Assembly (NCBI GenBank): GCA_964493975.1
Contig: CAZBQK010000002.1
Location: 1 to 62,887, forward strand
DNA: 62,887 nt
Source of the DNA: an uncultured Dehalococcoidales bacterium
Lineage (GTDB): Bacteria > Chloroflexota > UBA6077 > FW602-bin22 > CADDYW01
Direction of reading: 5' to 3'
In this document: one piece after another, positions 27,701 through 35,593 of the stretch
Layout of the letters: each line of letters opens with the position of its first letter
Numbering within the stretch: the stretch's first letter is position 1
Made by a program: the position numbers and the translations under genes
The notes under the pieces: model-generated
What the model saw: only the letters and a program-made list of their open reading frames with translations
What the model was told of the DNA's origin: nothing
The model's database searches: none

Positions 27701-29724
27701 AATCGGTTGCTGAAGAACACGATGTAATCCGCGTTGACGAGGTTGCCCACGACTTCGTTCAGCTTGGCGGCGTTGTCGTCTTCGTACATCGGCATCGTTA
27801 GATTCTGATAATTGAAGCTTTCGGCAGTGAGCGTACCTCCGTCGACCGGAACTGGGACCGGCATTCCTTCTTCCCAGTGCTCGGTGGCGAGGACGGATCC
27901 GCGGGGCGCGTTCGCGTAAAGCCACTCCGACGCCTGGACCGGCGGCGTTGGCGAGGCGTACATGTGGTCGTAGGCGAGACTGTAGAAGGCCGAAAACCCG
28001 AGGACGATTGCAATTGCCCCCAGGGCAAATCGCGTCGGCCAACGGCTAGCAAAAAAACGCGAGGCAGTCGGCGATTCGCGGACCGCGAGGGGAACGGGCA
28101 ACGTCGTCGGAGGTTCGTCAAACCCGGGGGCCATTCGTGGAATGTGGAGCGCGTCTCGTCCAATGCCATGGCCGTTTGGTGGCGCTTCGGTGGGGGCGAC
28201 GTTGTCCGCAGCGAGCAGGTCGAGCGACAATCCTTTCATCGCGAACCAGCGCTCGGTGGCAGCGTCCACGACGGACGCTCGCTCACGAACCAAAAGGCTC
28301 GGTCCGTCGTTCACAGAGTTCGTCGCCGCGAAGGACTCGGCTCTCGTCGAGTCCGGTTCTAGTTGATGCTCAATGGGACCGGAGAACCCGTCGACGAGCT
28401 CGAGCTCCTTGAGCTCGGTCTCCGACGTCGTCTCCGCGATTAACTCTGGGGGCAGCGACGTGCTCGGCGCCTCGGACTCTAAACTGGAGATTTGGGTTGG
28501 GTTAAGAACCGCTCGCCAGTGACGTGCAACCTCGAAGATCCAGACGAGAAACATCGCGGCGAATAGAGCGAGGATCGGGGAGATCGGGAGCATATATCTC
28601 AGGAACTTCGCCCAGAAGTTACCGGTTATCGCGAAGTAAGGCAGAACGTAAGACAGGAGGATGACGTCCCCGGCCCGAAGGAGTCGAAAGTTGCGAGCAC
28701 AAACGTAGACCGTCCCGGCGATCATGGCCAAACCGAGTGGAACGCCGACGCCAAATATGGTTAAGTTTTCGAGGAAGTACAAGTAGGCTGGCCGGCCGAA
28801 GTACTGGCGGGTGTAGGGTAGATCGGCGACCCCGCGGACCATACTCCCCTGCTCGACAATCCCGCCAATAAAGTGTTTGAAGTCAATAATCGCGAACGGT
28901 TCAGCCACGATGAAGGCGGCCGCAACGGCGACGAGCGTCAACGTGGCGAAGGCAGTCGCCTGAGAGATCGCAACCTGGCGCCGTCGATGGAAGCGCAGTC
29001 GGCCAATCGAATCGTTCGTAAAGAGCCGGAGCAGCTGCGCCATCCCGACCGGTACGAGGATCGGCGCGGCGCTGGCTTTGGTTGCTAACGCAAATCCACA
29101 GAAGACGCCGGCCAGAACGGCATCCCGCCGCCGACCGGTGTGGAGGAACGACGCCGACGCCGCGATCGCAGCCAGGACGAGGGCGGTGAGAATCGTGTCC
29201 GTCGCGTAAAAGTGCGAAAGCTGAATGTCAATGACCGAGAACGTCACCAACCCAGCGGCCAGGAGCGCCACTCGAGGCCCGTAGAAGCGCTTTCCGATTC
29301 GATAGATAAGATAAACGCTGGCCGTGTCGAATAAGGCCGAGATTGGCCGGCCAATTAGTCGAAGGTTCCCGAGGTCGTTCGTCGCGTCAAGGGCGTGGAC
29401 AAATGGTAGGGCGTGGTTGATCCCCGCGAGAATCGCGGCGACGATCCGGAGCAGATAAAACGAGAACGTCCCGTACGAATACGAGAAATCACGCGGTATG
29501 AGACTGCTCTGAGGGGAAAGAAGGTCGGAGAAATTGAGCGGCCAGGACAGGCTGATGGCCGCCGTGCTCATCAGGATGAATCGCTCATCTGGATGATAAA
29601 GGTGGCCAAGGTCCCAGTCGAATTGGTAAACCCGAAGACCAAACGCGACGAGCAGAAGGGCGGCTAGGCCGACCGATTCTCGACGACGGAATACGTTCAG
29701 CATGCCGTCGCCTCGGAAGGACAT
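24715..29724 (-). CDS. Giant fusion protein: N-terminal GT-C (PMT_2-like) glycosyltransferase module, acidic low-complexity spacer, C-terminal DUF2298/Chlor_Arch_YYY module.
   Basis: The N-terminus carries LYHPDERF (a DE motif in the first loop) and PMT_2-like helices. The C-terminal half parallels the 868-aa neighbour motif for motif (FLPDRGF, EKPMDLAYL, DPWYAGGYLNYYYFGQ, INEFPYFTFLFADLHAH, GLPTVIGWDWHQKQQRW). I chose ATG 29724, which follows GGAGGAG. The ORF-track GTG 29829 is the maximal start. Confidence 0.8.
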   Translation of the reverse strand: MSFRGDGMLNVFRRRESVGLAALLLVAFGLRVYQFDWDLGHLYHPDERFILMSTAAISLSWPLNFSDLLSPQSSLIPRDFSYSYGTFSFYLLRIVAAILAGINHALPFVHALDATNDLGNLRLIGRPISALFDTASVYLIYRIGKRFYGPRVALLAAGLVTFSVIDIQLSHFYATDTILTALVLAAIAASASFLHTGRRRDAVLAGVFCGFALATKASAAPILVPVGMAQLLRLFTNDSIGRLRFHRRRQVAISQATAFATLTLVAVAAAFIVAEPFAIIDFKHFIGGIVEQGSMVRGVADLPYTRQYFGRPAYLYFLENLTIFGVGVPLGLAMIAGTVYVCARNFRLLRAGDVILLSYVLPYFAITGNFWAKFLRYMLPISPILALFAAMFLVWIFEVARHWRAVLNPTQISSLESEAPSTSLPPELIAETTSETELKELELVDGFSGPIEHQLEPDSTRAESFAATNSVNDGPSLLVRERASVVDAATERWFAMKGLSLDLLAADNVAPTEAPPNGHGIGRDALHIPRMAPGFDEPPTTLPVPLAVRESPTASRFFASRWPTRFALGAIAIVLGFSAFYSLAYDHMYASPTPPVQASEWLYANAPRGSVLATEHWEEGMPVPVPVDGGTLTAESFNYQNLTMPMYEDDNAAKLNEVVGNLVNADYIVFFSNRLYGTVPRIPARYPMSRRYYEKLFGEQLGFTLVDVAERYPNLLGVAFVDDTLADPGLPTPALLRRISPAPITINLGHADESFSVYDHQRVLVFKKTQRLSPDQLRALIGPPPTAGDLTPTDSSPRYRSLLLSPAQSAIVQVGGTFHDLFDRNDIFNRVPLLVWIVMTALIGLAAAPIGFLVFRFLPDRGFLVSKTLGVLLVGWVSWIAVSVGIGTATRLEALVALAFILAVGWAVAFWQRAEIAEFFIRRRRLVLFEEGLFWVAFLYDVWVRSLNPDLWHPTLGGEKPMDLAYLTAAIRSPIYPPYDPWYAGGYLNYYYFGQILVGTLAKISGVVPTTAYNLIVPLLFALTVGGTFTVALGLIRRGDDPPDRMAIVGGVLASIMVCLLGNIGGFSQLAGEISQQSASPTQSDLPGVTSLVSFLSGVYAIVLGGRPLNIPPDWYWSSTRMLALLDIKGGTGSINEFPYFTFLFADLHAHLIGLPLTLLVLALCVNLLKSRTALLEDVVDRVSATLRDKERVRRAVTLAPMTAAAIATLVVTGLAVGSLYPTNSWDYPTYLGLIALALLVPWYASRKRGVRSLAIRLGAFALIVVLSQLLYRPFSAYFQSFYSGVHPSDEKSEIRWYFVINGLFLVIMLSYFVLEGWAVYRRTGIVRSIRLIATNWELTPRIIQLRQALVRAPATDTVLFLYGLVAVAVAVVASIVGGMALTGVLLVFLLVALVLGLRRDRTVEDCFMILLFATGLAISVGTEQVVIDGDVGRMNTIFKFYEQIWVLFGIGGAVALIRILDRLGSLRSIWIRRAWVTVLAAFFVMSAVYPILGTESRVSQRFNTSIPPTLDGTAYMDSAIYTDSDETSHLTAQLHFATDKAAIQWLQDNIQGTPTILEGTRPLYRWGSRIAIYTGLPTVIGWDWHQKQQRWGFQTTVDDRLNDVRQMYDSPSTDTTLSLLRRYDVKYIIDGELEQGFYPRARAKFDSLVGTSLNVVYDQLGVRIYQVK

Positions 29725-29749
29725 CGCCTCCTCCAAGCTGGTTCTCCGT

Positions 29750-29779
29750 ATTTTAGCACGGGTGGAAAAAGAGACACAA
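29750..29779 (-). promoter_or_regulatory. Candidate promoter TTGTGT-18-TAAAAT upstream of the glycosylation locus.
   Basis: Read on the minus strand in an AT-richer patch about 20-50 nt upstream of ATG 29724. Confidence 0.35.
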
Positions 29780-29883
29780 TTTTCATTCCAGCCCGGTGGT
29801 TCCGTGGGCGTGGTAGCATGACTCCGCACATCTTACGATAACGGTTGGTTAAACTCCACCAGCCGACCGTGGGGGCACCGTTT

Positions 29884-30150
29884 ATGTCGACCTCTGATCC
29901 AGAAGTTGCCGCCTATAACCAGGCACTCGTCCGTGCCTTGCGCACGACCGATGCCGAGGAGGTGCGACGTTTCGCCGGAATCTGGGGCGATCGTCTGGGC
30001 AACCGTGGTCTCAAACAATTGGCAAAGGCATCGCCGGAGGTGGTCGAGCGTCGGATGTGGATGATGATCTACGACCGGCCGGACCTGGCCGACCTGCATC
30101 AGCAGGCGGAAGAATGGTTCGAGTCCCACGAGGAGCCCGAAACCGAATGA
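29884..30150 (+). CDS. Hypothetical small acidic protein.
   Basis: ORF reading MSTSDPEVAAYNQALVRAL...EEWFESHEEPETE. Its stop overlaps the next ORF's start (ATGA). I recognise no family. The start could be TTG 29845 instead. Confidence 0.45.
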   Translation: MSTSDPEVAAYNQALVRALRTTDAEEVRRFAGIWGDRLGNRGLKQLAKASPEVVERRMWMMIYDRPDLADLHQQAEEWFESHEEPETE

Positions 30151-30350
30151 GCGGTGATCCAGGCTCTCAAAGCGGCGGGCCGCCACCAGACCGGATGACC
30201 AGTAACCCAGACATGCCGCTTGACGACGACTCGTACGATCCCGGCGACACCCTTAATCGCGGTATGTCGATCGCGTGCTCGCTCGTCTTTTTGTTTTTCG
30301 CCCTGGTGTCGTGCGGATTCATTATCTCCGTGCTCACCTTACATCGTTGA
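30147..30350 (+). CDS. Hypothetical small membrane protein (single C-terminal TM segment).
   Basis: ATGA-coupled to the preceding ORF. The C-terminal hydrophobic segment is MSIACSLVFLFFALVSCGFIISVL. Confidence 0.4.
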   Translation: MSGDPGSQSGGPPPDRMTSNPDMPLDDDSYDPGDTLNRGMSIACSLVFLFFALVSCGFIISVLTLHR

Positions 30351-30369
30351 ATGACTTGCCTGCCACGAG

Positions 30370-30401
30370 CTGAGCGCAACTGTCCTGTGCTCAGTTGTTT
30401 T
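30370..30401 (+). terminator. Rho-independent terminator candidate.
   Basis: ctgagcgca-actgtcc-tgtgctcag forms a 9-bp stem with one G.U pair, followed by ttgtttta. Confidence 0.5.
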
Positions 30402-30465
30402 ATCTTACGACCGGTCATCCCGAGAGCCAAAGCTTTTATCGTCGCGTTGCGTCGCGCGTAGCGTA

Positions 30466-31527
30466 TCAGGCCGCGCCGAGCAGCCGCGCAACGAGTTGTT
30501 GACGGGAGTTGACGCCGAGCTTGTCGAAAACCTTTCGCAAGTGGTCGTGCACCGTGTGCGGTGAGATGACCAGCTCGGCCGCGATCTCGAAGGTGCTCTG
30601 CCCCCGGAGGACTACCAGGGCAACGTCCGCCTCCCGCCGAGTGAGGCCCAGCTGCTCGAGCGCTTCCCTCGTGGTCGTTGGACCCACCGCCGCGGCCGGT
30701 TCGATCAGGACCATGCCGCGGGGGCGTCCGTCCGTGCCCGCGACCCGCTCGGCCCGCAGTCGGTAAATCTCGCCGTTTGCCTCATCCGTCAGGGTGAGGA
30801 CCGGCACGTCCGCCGCTCCTTCGTCGGTGAGCGCCCGCTCGAGTCGGGCGGCGACAATGTTCACCGCCGATAGGAAGCTGTGGCGGGTGCCGGAGGAGGG
30901 ACGAATGAATAGGCGCTGCGCGACCCCATTGGCCAGCTCGATGCCGCCGTCCGGCCCCAGAACCACGACCCCGGTCATCGTGCCGGGCGCCGCGGCGAGC
31001 GCCATCCGGACCGCTGCTGCCCGCAGTCCCGCGGCTAGGTGCGGCACGAGGGCCATGAGAAAGCGCAGCTCGCGCCCGCTGAAAGGGCCATCCTCCCGCC
31101 GTCGGCGAAGGCACAGATGTCCCCACGACTGTCCGCCACTCACGCAAGCTACCTGGACGTCGTAGCGCAGGCCGGCGGGACGCAATACCTTGATCATGTA
31201 CGGGTCCTGGTCCACGTCGTCGACGAGCTCCTCGAGTCGGGCGACCCGTTGGGGGCGGGTCACCCAGGGGCCAAAGTCCAGGGCCGGTGTCGTAAGGACC
31301 AGTCGGAGGAACGCGTCCATGGAGTCCGGACCAAGACCCACTGTCACGGAATGCACCGGCAGCGCGCTGGCCGGGTCGCTCGCCCCGAAGCAAAAGGACG
31401 GGCAGTGCAGATGGCCCGCCAGCCGCTCGCCGATCCGTTCCCTCAGGCGCGCGGAATCCAGTCCCTGATAGCACAGCGCCTTAACCGCGCGAAACTCGGC
31501 AACGTCCGTCTCGCTCAAGCGTCCCAT
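30466..31527 (-). CDS. LuxR-family helix-turn-helix transcriptional regulator with a large N-terminal sensory domain.
   Basis: C-terminal LTRREADVALVVLRGQSTFEIAAELVISPHTVHDHLRKVFDKLGVNSRQQLV. ATG 31527 sits 7 nt after GGAGGAG. Confidence 0.8.
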   Translation of the reverse strand: MGRLSETDVAEFRAVKALCYQGLDSARLRERIGERLAGHLHCPSFCFGASDPASALPVHSVTVGLGPDSMDAFLRLVLTTPALDFGPWVTRPQRVARLEELVDDVDQDPYMIKVLRPAGLRYDVQVACVSGGQSWGHLCLRRRREDGPFSGRELRFLMALVPHLAAGLRAAAVRMALAAAPGTMTGVVVLGPDGGIELANGVAQRLFIRPSSGTRHSFLSAVNIVAARLERALTDEGAADVPVLTLTDEANGEIYRLRAERVAGTDGRPRGMVLIEPAAAVGPTTTREALEQLGLTRREADVALVVLRGQSTFEIAAELVISPHTVHDHLRKVFDKLGVNSRQQLVARLLGAA

Positions 31528-31698
31528 TGTTGTCTCCTCCGACGCGTTCCTTGGATTCCCCAAGGTAAGAACTACCCTTACGACGGAATGACGCATCGTC
31601 TTCATCGTCGCGCGGTCGCGTTCCCGGAGAAACCCCAAGCCCGGGGGATACGCCAGGGACGGTGCCCCGCGAATCATGAGACCGTCGCGATTATATCC

Positions 31699-31717
31699 GA
31701 ATCAGGTCACCTGATTC
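31699..31717. promoter_or_regulatory. Perfect 19-bp palindrome GAATCAGGT-C-ACCTGATTC, an operator candidate.
   Basis: Lies 16 nt upstream of the O-methyltransferase ATG, in the divergent LuxR/OMT intergenic region, just downstream of a TTATAT box. Confidence 0.5.
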
Positions 31718-31732
31718 GACGTGGAGGGTTAC

Positions 31733-32770
31733 ATGAAAGGTGAGGATCAGCACGCTGGATCAATGGCAGGGAATATGGAGCGGGTACAGGTCGTGAGCAT
31801 GGCGTTGAGCTTCGTGATGGCGCAGGCTCTGCACGCCGCCGCGACGCTCGGAATCGCCGACCTCCTCGCGGAGGGACCGCGCCACATCGACGAGTTGGCG
31901 GTCGCCACGGGCGCCCACGATCTGTCCCTGTACCGGCTCTTGCGGGTGCTCTGCGGGGCCGGAGTGTTCGTCGAGCACGACCACCGCCGCTTCGCGCAGA
32001 CGGCGCTTAGCGAAGCCCTTCGGACCGACGTGTCGGGATCGATTCGCGCGGCCGTCATCTGGATCGGGGATCCACCGTACTATCAGAGCTGTGGCCAGGT
32101 ATTGACGAGTGTTATGACAGGCGGCCCGGCCTTCGACAGCATCTTCGGCACGCCCTATTTCGACTATCTCACGGCACACGCGGAATCGGGGCGGATCTTC
32201 GACGCGGGCATGGCCTGCTTCTCCGACATGGAAAACGTGCCGATCGCACGATCATACGAGTTCCCCCCATCAACACGTGTCGTCGATGTCGGCGGCGGAC
32301 GGGGGGGATTCCTCGCCGCGATCCTCCAGGCCAATCCCTCGGTTCGCGGCGTCCTCTATGACTTACCCGAGGTCGTAAAGGATCGTCGGCTGCTCGAGGC
32401 CGCCGGTGTGATCGATCGGTGCGCTCTTGTTGGGGGAAACTTCTTTCGGTCGCTTCCCCCCGGCGCCGACCTCTACATCTTCAAGCGCGTGCTTCACGAT
32501 TGGGATGACGAGACCTGCGTCTCGCTGCTTCGACAGTGCCGCCAGGTGCTCCCCCGGACGGGACGGGTGCTGGTGATAGACGCGGTCATCCCGCCTGGGA
32601 ACGATCCCCATCCCGCGAAGATCGTGGACGTGATCATGTTGACGGCGCTGACCGGGCGCGAGCGCACCGAGCCGGAGTTCCGCGCCCTCTTCGATGCGGC
32701 GGGGCTTCGGCTCACGCGAGTCCTTCCGACTCCGAGCACGCTCTCGATCGTGGAAGGTGTGCCGGTCTGA
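31733..32770 (+). CDS. Class I SAM-dependent O-methyltransferase (Methyltransf_2 type with N-terminal dimerisation/wHTH domain).
   Basis: VVDVGGGRGGF (SAM motif I), DLYIFKRVLHDWDD and the N-terminal LGIADLLAEGPRHIDELA. ATG 31733 follows GGAGGG. Confidence 0.85.
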   Translation: MKGEDQHAGSMAGNMERVQVVSMALSFVMAQALHAAATLGIADLLAEGPRHIDELAVATGAHDLSLYRLLRVLCGAGVFVEHDHRRFAQTALSEALRTDVSGSIRAAVIWIGDPPYYQSCGQVLTSVMTGGPAFDSIFGTPYFDYLTAHAESGRIFDAGMACFSDMENVPIARSYEFPPSTRVVDVGGGRGGFLAAILQANPSVRGVLYDLPEVVKDRRLLEAAGVIDRCALVGGNFFRSLPPGADLYIFKRVLHDWDDETCVSLLRQCRQVLPRTGRVLVIDAVIPPGNDPHPAKIVDVIMLTALTGRERTEPEFRALFDAAGLRLTRVLPTPSTLSIVEGVPV

Positions 32771-32815
32771 GGAACGAGCACTCGGCCGGTACCAACGAAG
32801 CTTGTTAGAGACTCT

Positions 32816-33532
32816 CTACGTGAGGATCTCGCCTGGTTGCAGTACGTGAATTCGAAGATCGGGGACGTCTGATGTGAGCGATTTCAGTTTTTCTGGCGTT
32901 CCGGTTAACGCTGGGAAGGTGCCCCAATGCATCGGAATGACCTCCCGAACCCCGAGAAAGCGAATCGCGTACGCGGCCTCGCGAGGCGACATTGTGAAGA
33001 GATCGCCGATCGGCAGAAAAGCAATATCCGGACGGTACAGCTCGCCAATGAGCCGCATGTCGCCAAAGAGCGCGGTATCGCCCGCGTGGTAGAGCCGGTA
33101 CCCGTTTTCGAGCTCGACGACATACCCCACGGCCTCACCACCGTAGACGATCGAACCGTCCTCTTCGGTGATTCCACAGCTGTGGTCGGCGTGGACCATC
33201 GTGATCTTGAGGCCGTCCACCGTCTGGGTGCCCCCCTTGTTCATTGGGGCCGTGGCCGTAACGCCCTTCCGCCCAAGCCAGTGGCAAATCTCAAAAATGC
33301 CAACCGCGGTCGCGCCGGTTCGCTTGCCAATCGTGACCGCGTCGCCGATGTGATCGAAATGGCCGTGGGTGATCAGCATCGCGTCCAGGGTTTCAATCGG
33401 CTTGAGCTCGGCCGGACACGCAGGATTTCCATCGACCCAGCAGTCAAGCAGGATCGTCTTTCCACCGGGTGTTTTCACCCGAAACGTTGAGTGTCCTAAC
33501 CATTGAATTGACACGTCATGGTTGAGCGTCAT
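32816..33532 (-). CDS. Metal-dependent hydrolase, MBL fold (UPF0173-like).
   Basis: ITHGHFDHIGD motif in a 238-aa ORF. ATG sits 6 nt after AAGGAG. Confidence 0.85.
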   Translation of the reverse strand: MTLNHDVSIQWLGHSTFRVKTPGGKTILLDCWVDGNPACPAELKPIETLDAMLITHGHFDHIGDAVTIGKRTGATAVGIFEICHWLGRKGVTATAPMNKGGTQTVDGLKITMVHADHSCGITEEDGSIVYGGEAVGYVVELENGYRLYHAGDTALFGDMRLIGELYRPDIAFLPIGDLFTMSPREAAYAIRFLGVREVIPMHWGTFPALTGTPEKLKSLTSDVPDLRIHVLQPGEILT

Positions 33533-33553
33533 CGAACTCTCCTTCTTAGGGAT

Positions 33554-35587
33554 TCAACCCCTCAACGCCCGGACTCGCTGCCGCTCCCGAAGATATAGAG
33601 GTTGTCCGCAGGTTGGACACAGGTGTAGGGTTGAAAGCTTGTCGAGGTAGTCGACGACCGTCGCGACGACCTCGGCGTGGCTCCAGGTCAAAGGCGACAC
33701 ACTGAGCGGCACATTCGTAAACGGATGTACCTGCTCGGCCAGCACCCCACTCCGTAGAGATCGGTCGCTGACCCAACGAAGTAACTCGAGCGCCGGCTTC
33801 AGGTCTTCGAGACTTTTCGCCCGGTCGATGTACCAACGCGCCAGCCACAGGGTTGAGATGAACCACGGGTTTCCGGGTACCTTCTCGATGTCGTTTGAGA
33901 CTTGATGGTAGTAATCGTTTTCGTAGCGGGCAACGCCGCCGACGTTGGTCTTTACCCAGAGTCGCTCGCGAACGGATTCCATTGTCCGAACAATCCGCGG
34001 ATCGTCAGCCGGATACATGCCGAACATGAACAACCCGGCAACGCTGGCGTCGATCGTCCAATCCGTCTCGAATCCGCCGTCGGCGGTTGGGTTCACCATC
34101 CGGACGAACCGGCCTGCCGATTTGCTCCAGAGGTGCACGTCGGCGCCGGCTTTGATCTCTTCGGCCGCGCATTGGTATCGGTCGCGGAGGTCGGTTTCGC
34201 CGAATGCATCGGTGAATCGAACGGCTGCCATCAGTCCGGCGTAGACTGCCGACGTCGTCCAGGCAAGGATCCCCCGTCGCTCCTCCCAGAGGTCCCAGCT
34301 GGGCTTCGGAAGACCAGTCTTTGGGTCGCGATACGACGCTAGAAACTCGGCCGCTCGAACGACGAGATCCCGATACAACGGCTTGATGACTTCGACCTCG
34401 GGGAATCGCTCGAAGTAGTTCCAGAGCGCCCACAACACGAGACCGGTCTCGTCCTCCTGGATCGGCAGCTCGCGCTGCTGATGGTCGTACCAGGGATGCC
34501 AGGAGCTTGCCAGGCTACCATCGGCGTTGTATTTGTGAAGAAAAAAACCTTCTTTCGTGAGCACCTGGGAACAAAAATCGAGGAACTTGCGAGCCGGGGC
34601 AGCGTAACCGGCGTTGACCAGTGCCGAGGCCACGAGAGCACCGTCTCTTGGCCAGACGTAGGCGTAGGTGTCCCGATTAAATCTCGTTATGTCAAAATCC
34701 GTCGCGGCGACGACTCCGCCGTCGACGTCGATCTGAGTTCGTAGGACGAGCAGGCTTCTCGAAAACAACTTTCCGACGTCGTGCGGAATTTCGTCGAGCT
34801 TATTCTGGGCCCCTCGGACCCAGAGACGCCAATAGTGGCGATTGCGATCGAGCATGGTGGCGGGCGTTTTCTGAATGACCAGTCGATTGATCAGCGTCAC
34901 GTTGTCAAAGCGGGTCGCGGCGGCGATCCAGTAATACAGCTCGCCGAACCCCTGGGGCTCCAGAGCCAGGTGCAGGCCAACCGTTGAATCCACGAGGCCC
35001 TGCGCGATCGGATTGCCACTCAGCTGACCGTCTTCGGCGTCCCGCCACGTTCCTTCGAAGCCGTTGTTCTCTTTTTGGCCGGTCGCGAATTGGTCGACCC
35101 CGTGGTTATCCGGTCCGCGCCAGCCGTTGATCATGAACCAGCGAAGGTCCTTGTAATGAAAAATCGCCCGTCGTTGAGGCTCGTAGTACGCGGTATCGCC
35201 GACATCGTTTTCATACAAATGAAAGTCATGATGAAAAAAGAACCGAACGTCAAGCGGCGTGTCGGCTCGGCTCGATACTCGTAGATGCCGCAGGAAGAGG
35301 TTTTCGTGAAAGTCGACGGCGTCGGAGGAAAGGATCGAAATCGGTAGATCGGGATGCTCCAGGTTGACCGAGGTGACGAGCGTATCGTTCTCGTAGACCA
35401 GCTCCCGCGACCATTTGCCGTCGTCGACCCAGCGAAACACGCCGTTGACCCACACGCCAAAACGAAATGGGTGGCCGGAGGTCTGATTTTCCTTCCCAAC
35501 GTGTGGAAAGTAGATGTCACGAATTTGGTACAGCGAATCAAAATTGACGAGAAGTGTACCGTTACTGAGGGGTAAATCTCGAGGCAC
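33554..35587 (-). CDS. Glycoside hydrolase family 15 (glucoamylase/glucodextranase/trehalase-like).
   Basis: 677 aa. N-terminal LSNGTLLVNFDSLYQIRDIYFPHVGKENQ, plus an (alpha/alpha)6-barrel region with WPRDGALV and LWEERRG motifs. Confidence 0.85.
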   Translation of the reverse strand: MPRDLPLSNGTLLVNFDSLYQIRDIYFPHVGKENQTSGHPFRFGVWVNGVFRWVDDGKWSRELVYENDTLVTSVNLEHPDLPISILSSDAVDFHENLFLRHLRVSSRADTPLDVRFFFHHDFHLYENDVGDTAYYEPQRRAIFHYKDLRWFMINGWRGPDNHGVDQFATGQKENNGFEGTWRDAEDGQLSGNPIAQGLVDSTVGLHLALEPQGFGELYYWIAAATRFDNVTLINRLVIQKTPATMLDRNRHYWRLWVRGAQNKLDEIPHDVGKLFSRSLLVLRTQIDVDGGVVAATDFDITRFNRDTYAYVWPRDGALVASALVNAGYAAPARKFLDFCSQVLTKEGFFLHKYNADGSLASSWHPWYDHQQRELPIQEDETGLVLWALWNYFERFPEVEVIKPLYRDLVVRAAEFLASYRDPKTGLPKPSWDLWEERRGILAWTTSAVYAGLMAAVRFTDAFGETDLRDRYQCAAEEIKAGADVHLWSKSAGRFVRMVNPTADGGFETDWTIDASVAGLFMFGMYPADDPRIVRTMESVRERLWVKTNVGGVARYENDYYHQVSNDIEKVPGNPWFISTLWLARWYIDRAKSLEDLKPALELLRWVSDRSLRSGVLAEQVHPFTNVPLSVSPLTWSHAEVVATVVDYLDKLSTLHLCPTCGQPLYLRERQRVRALRG

Positions 35588-35593
35588 GGGCTG

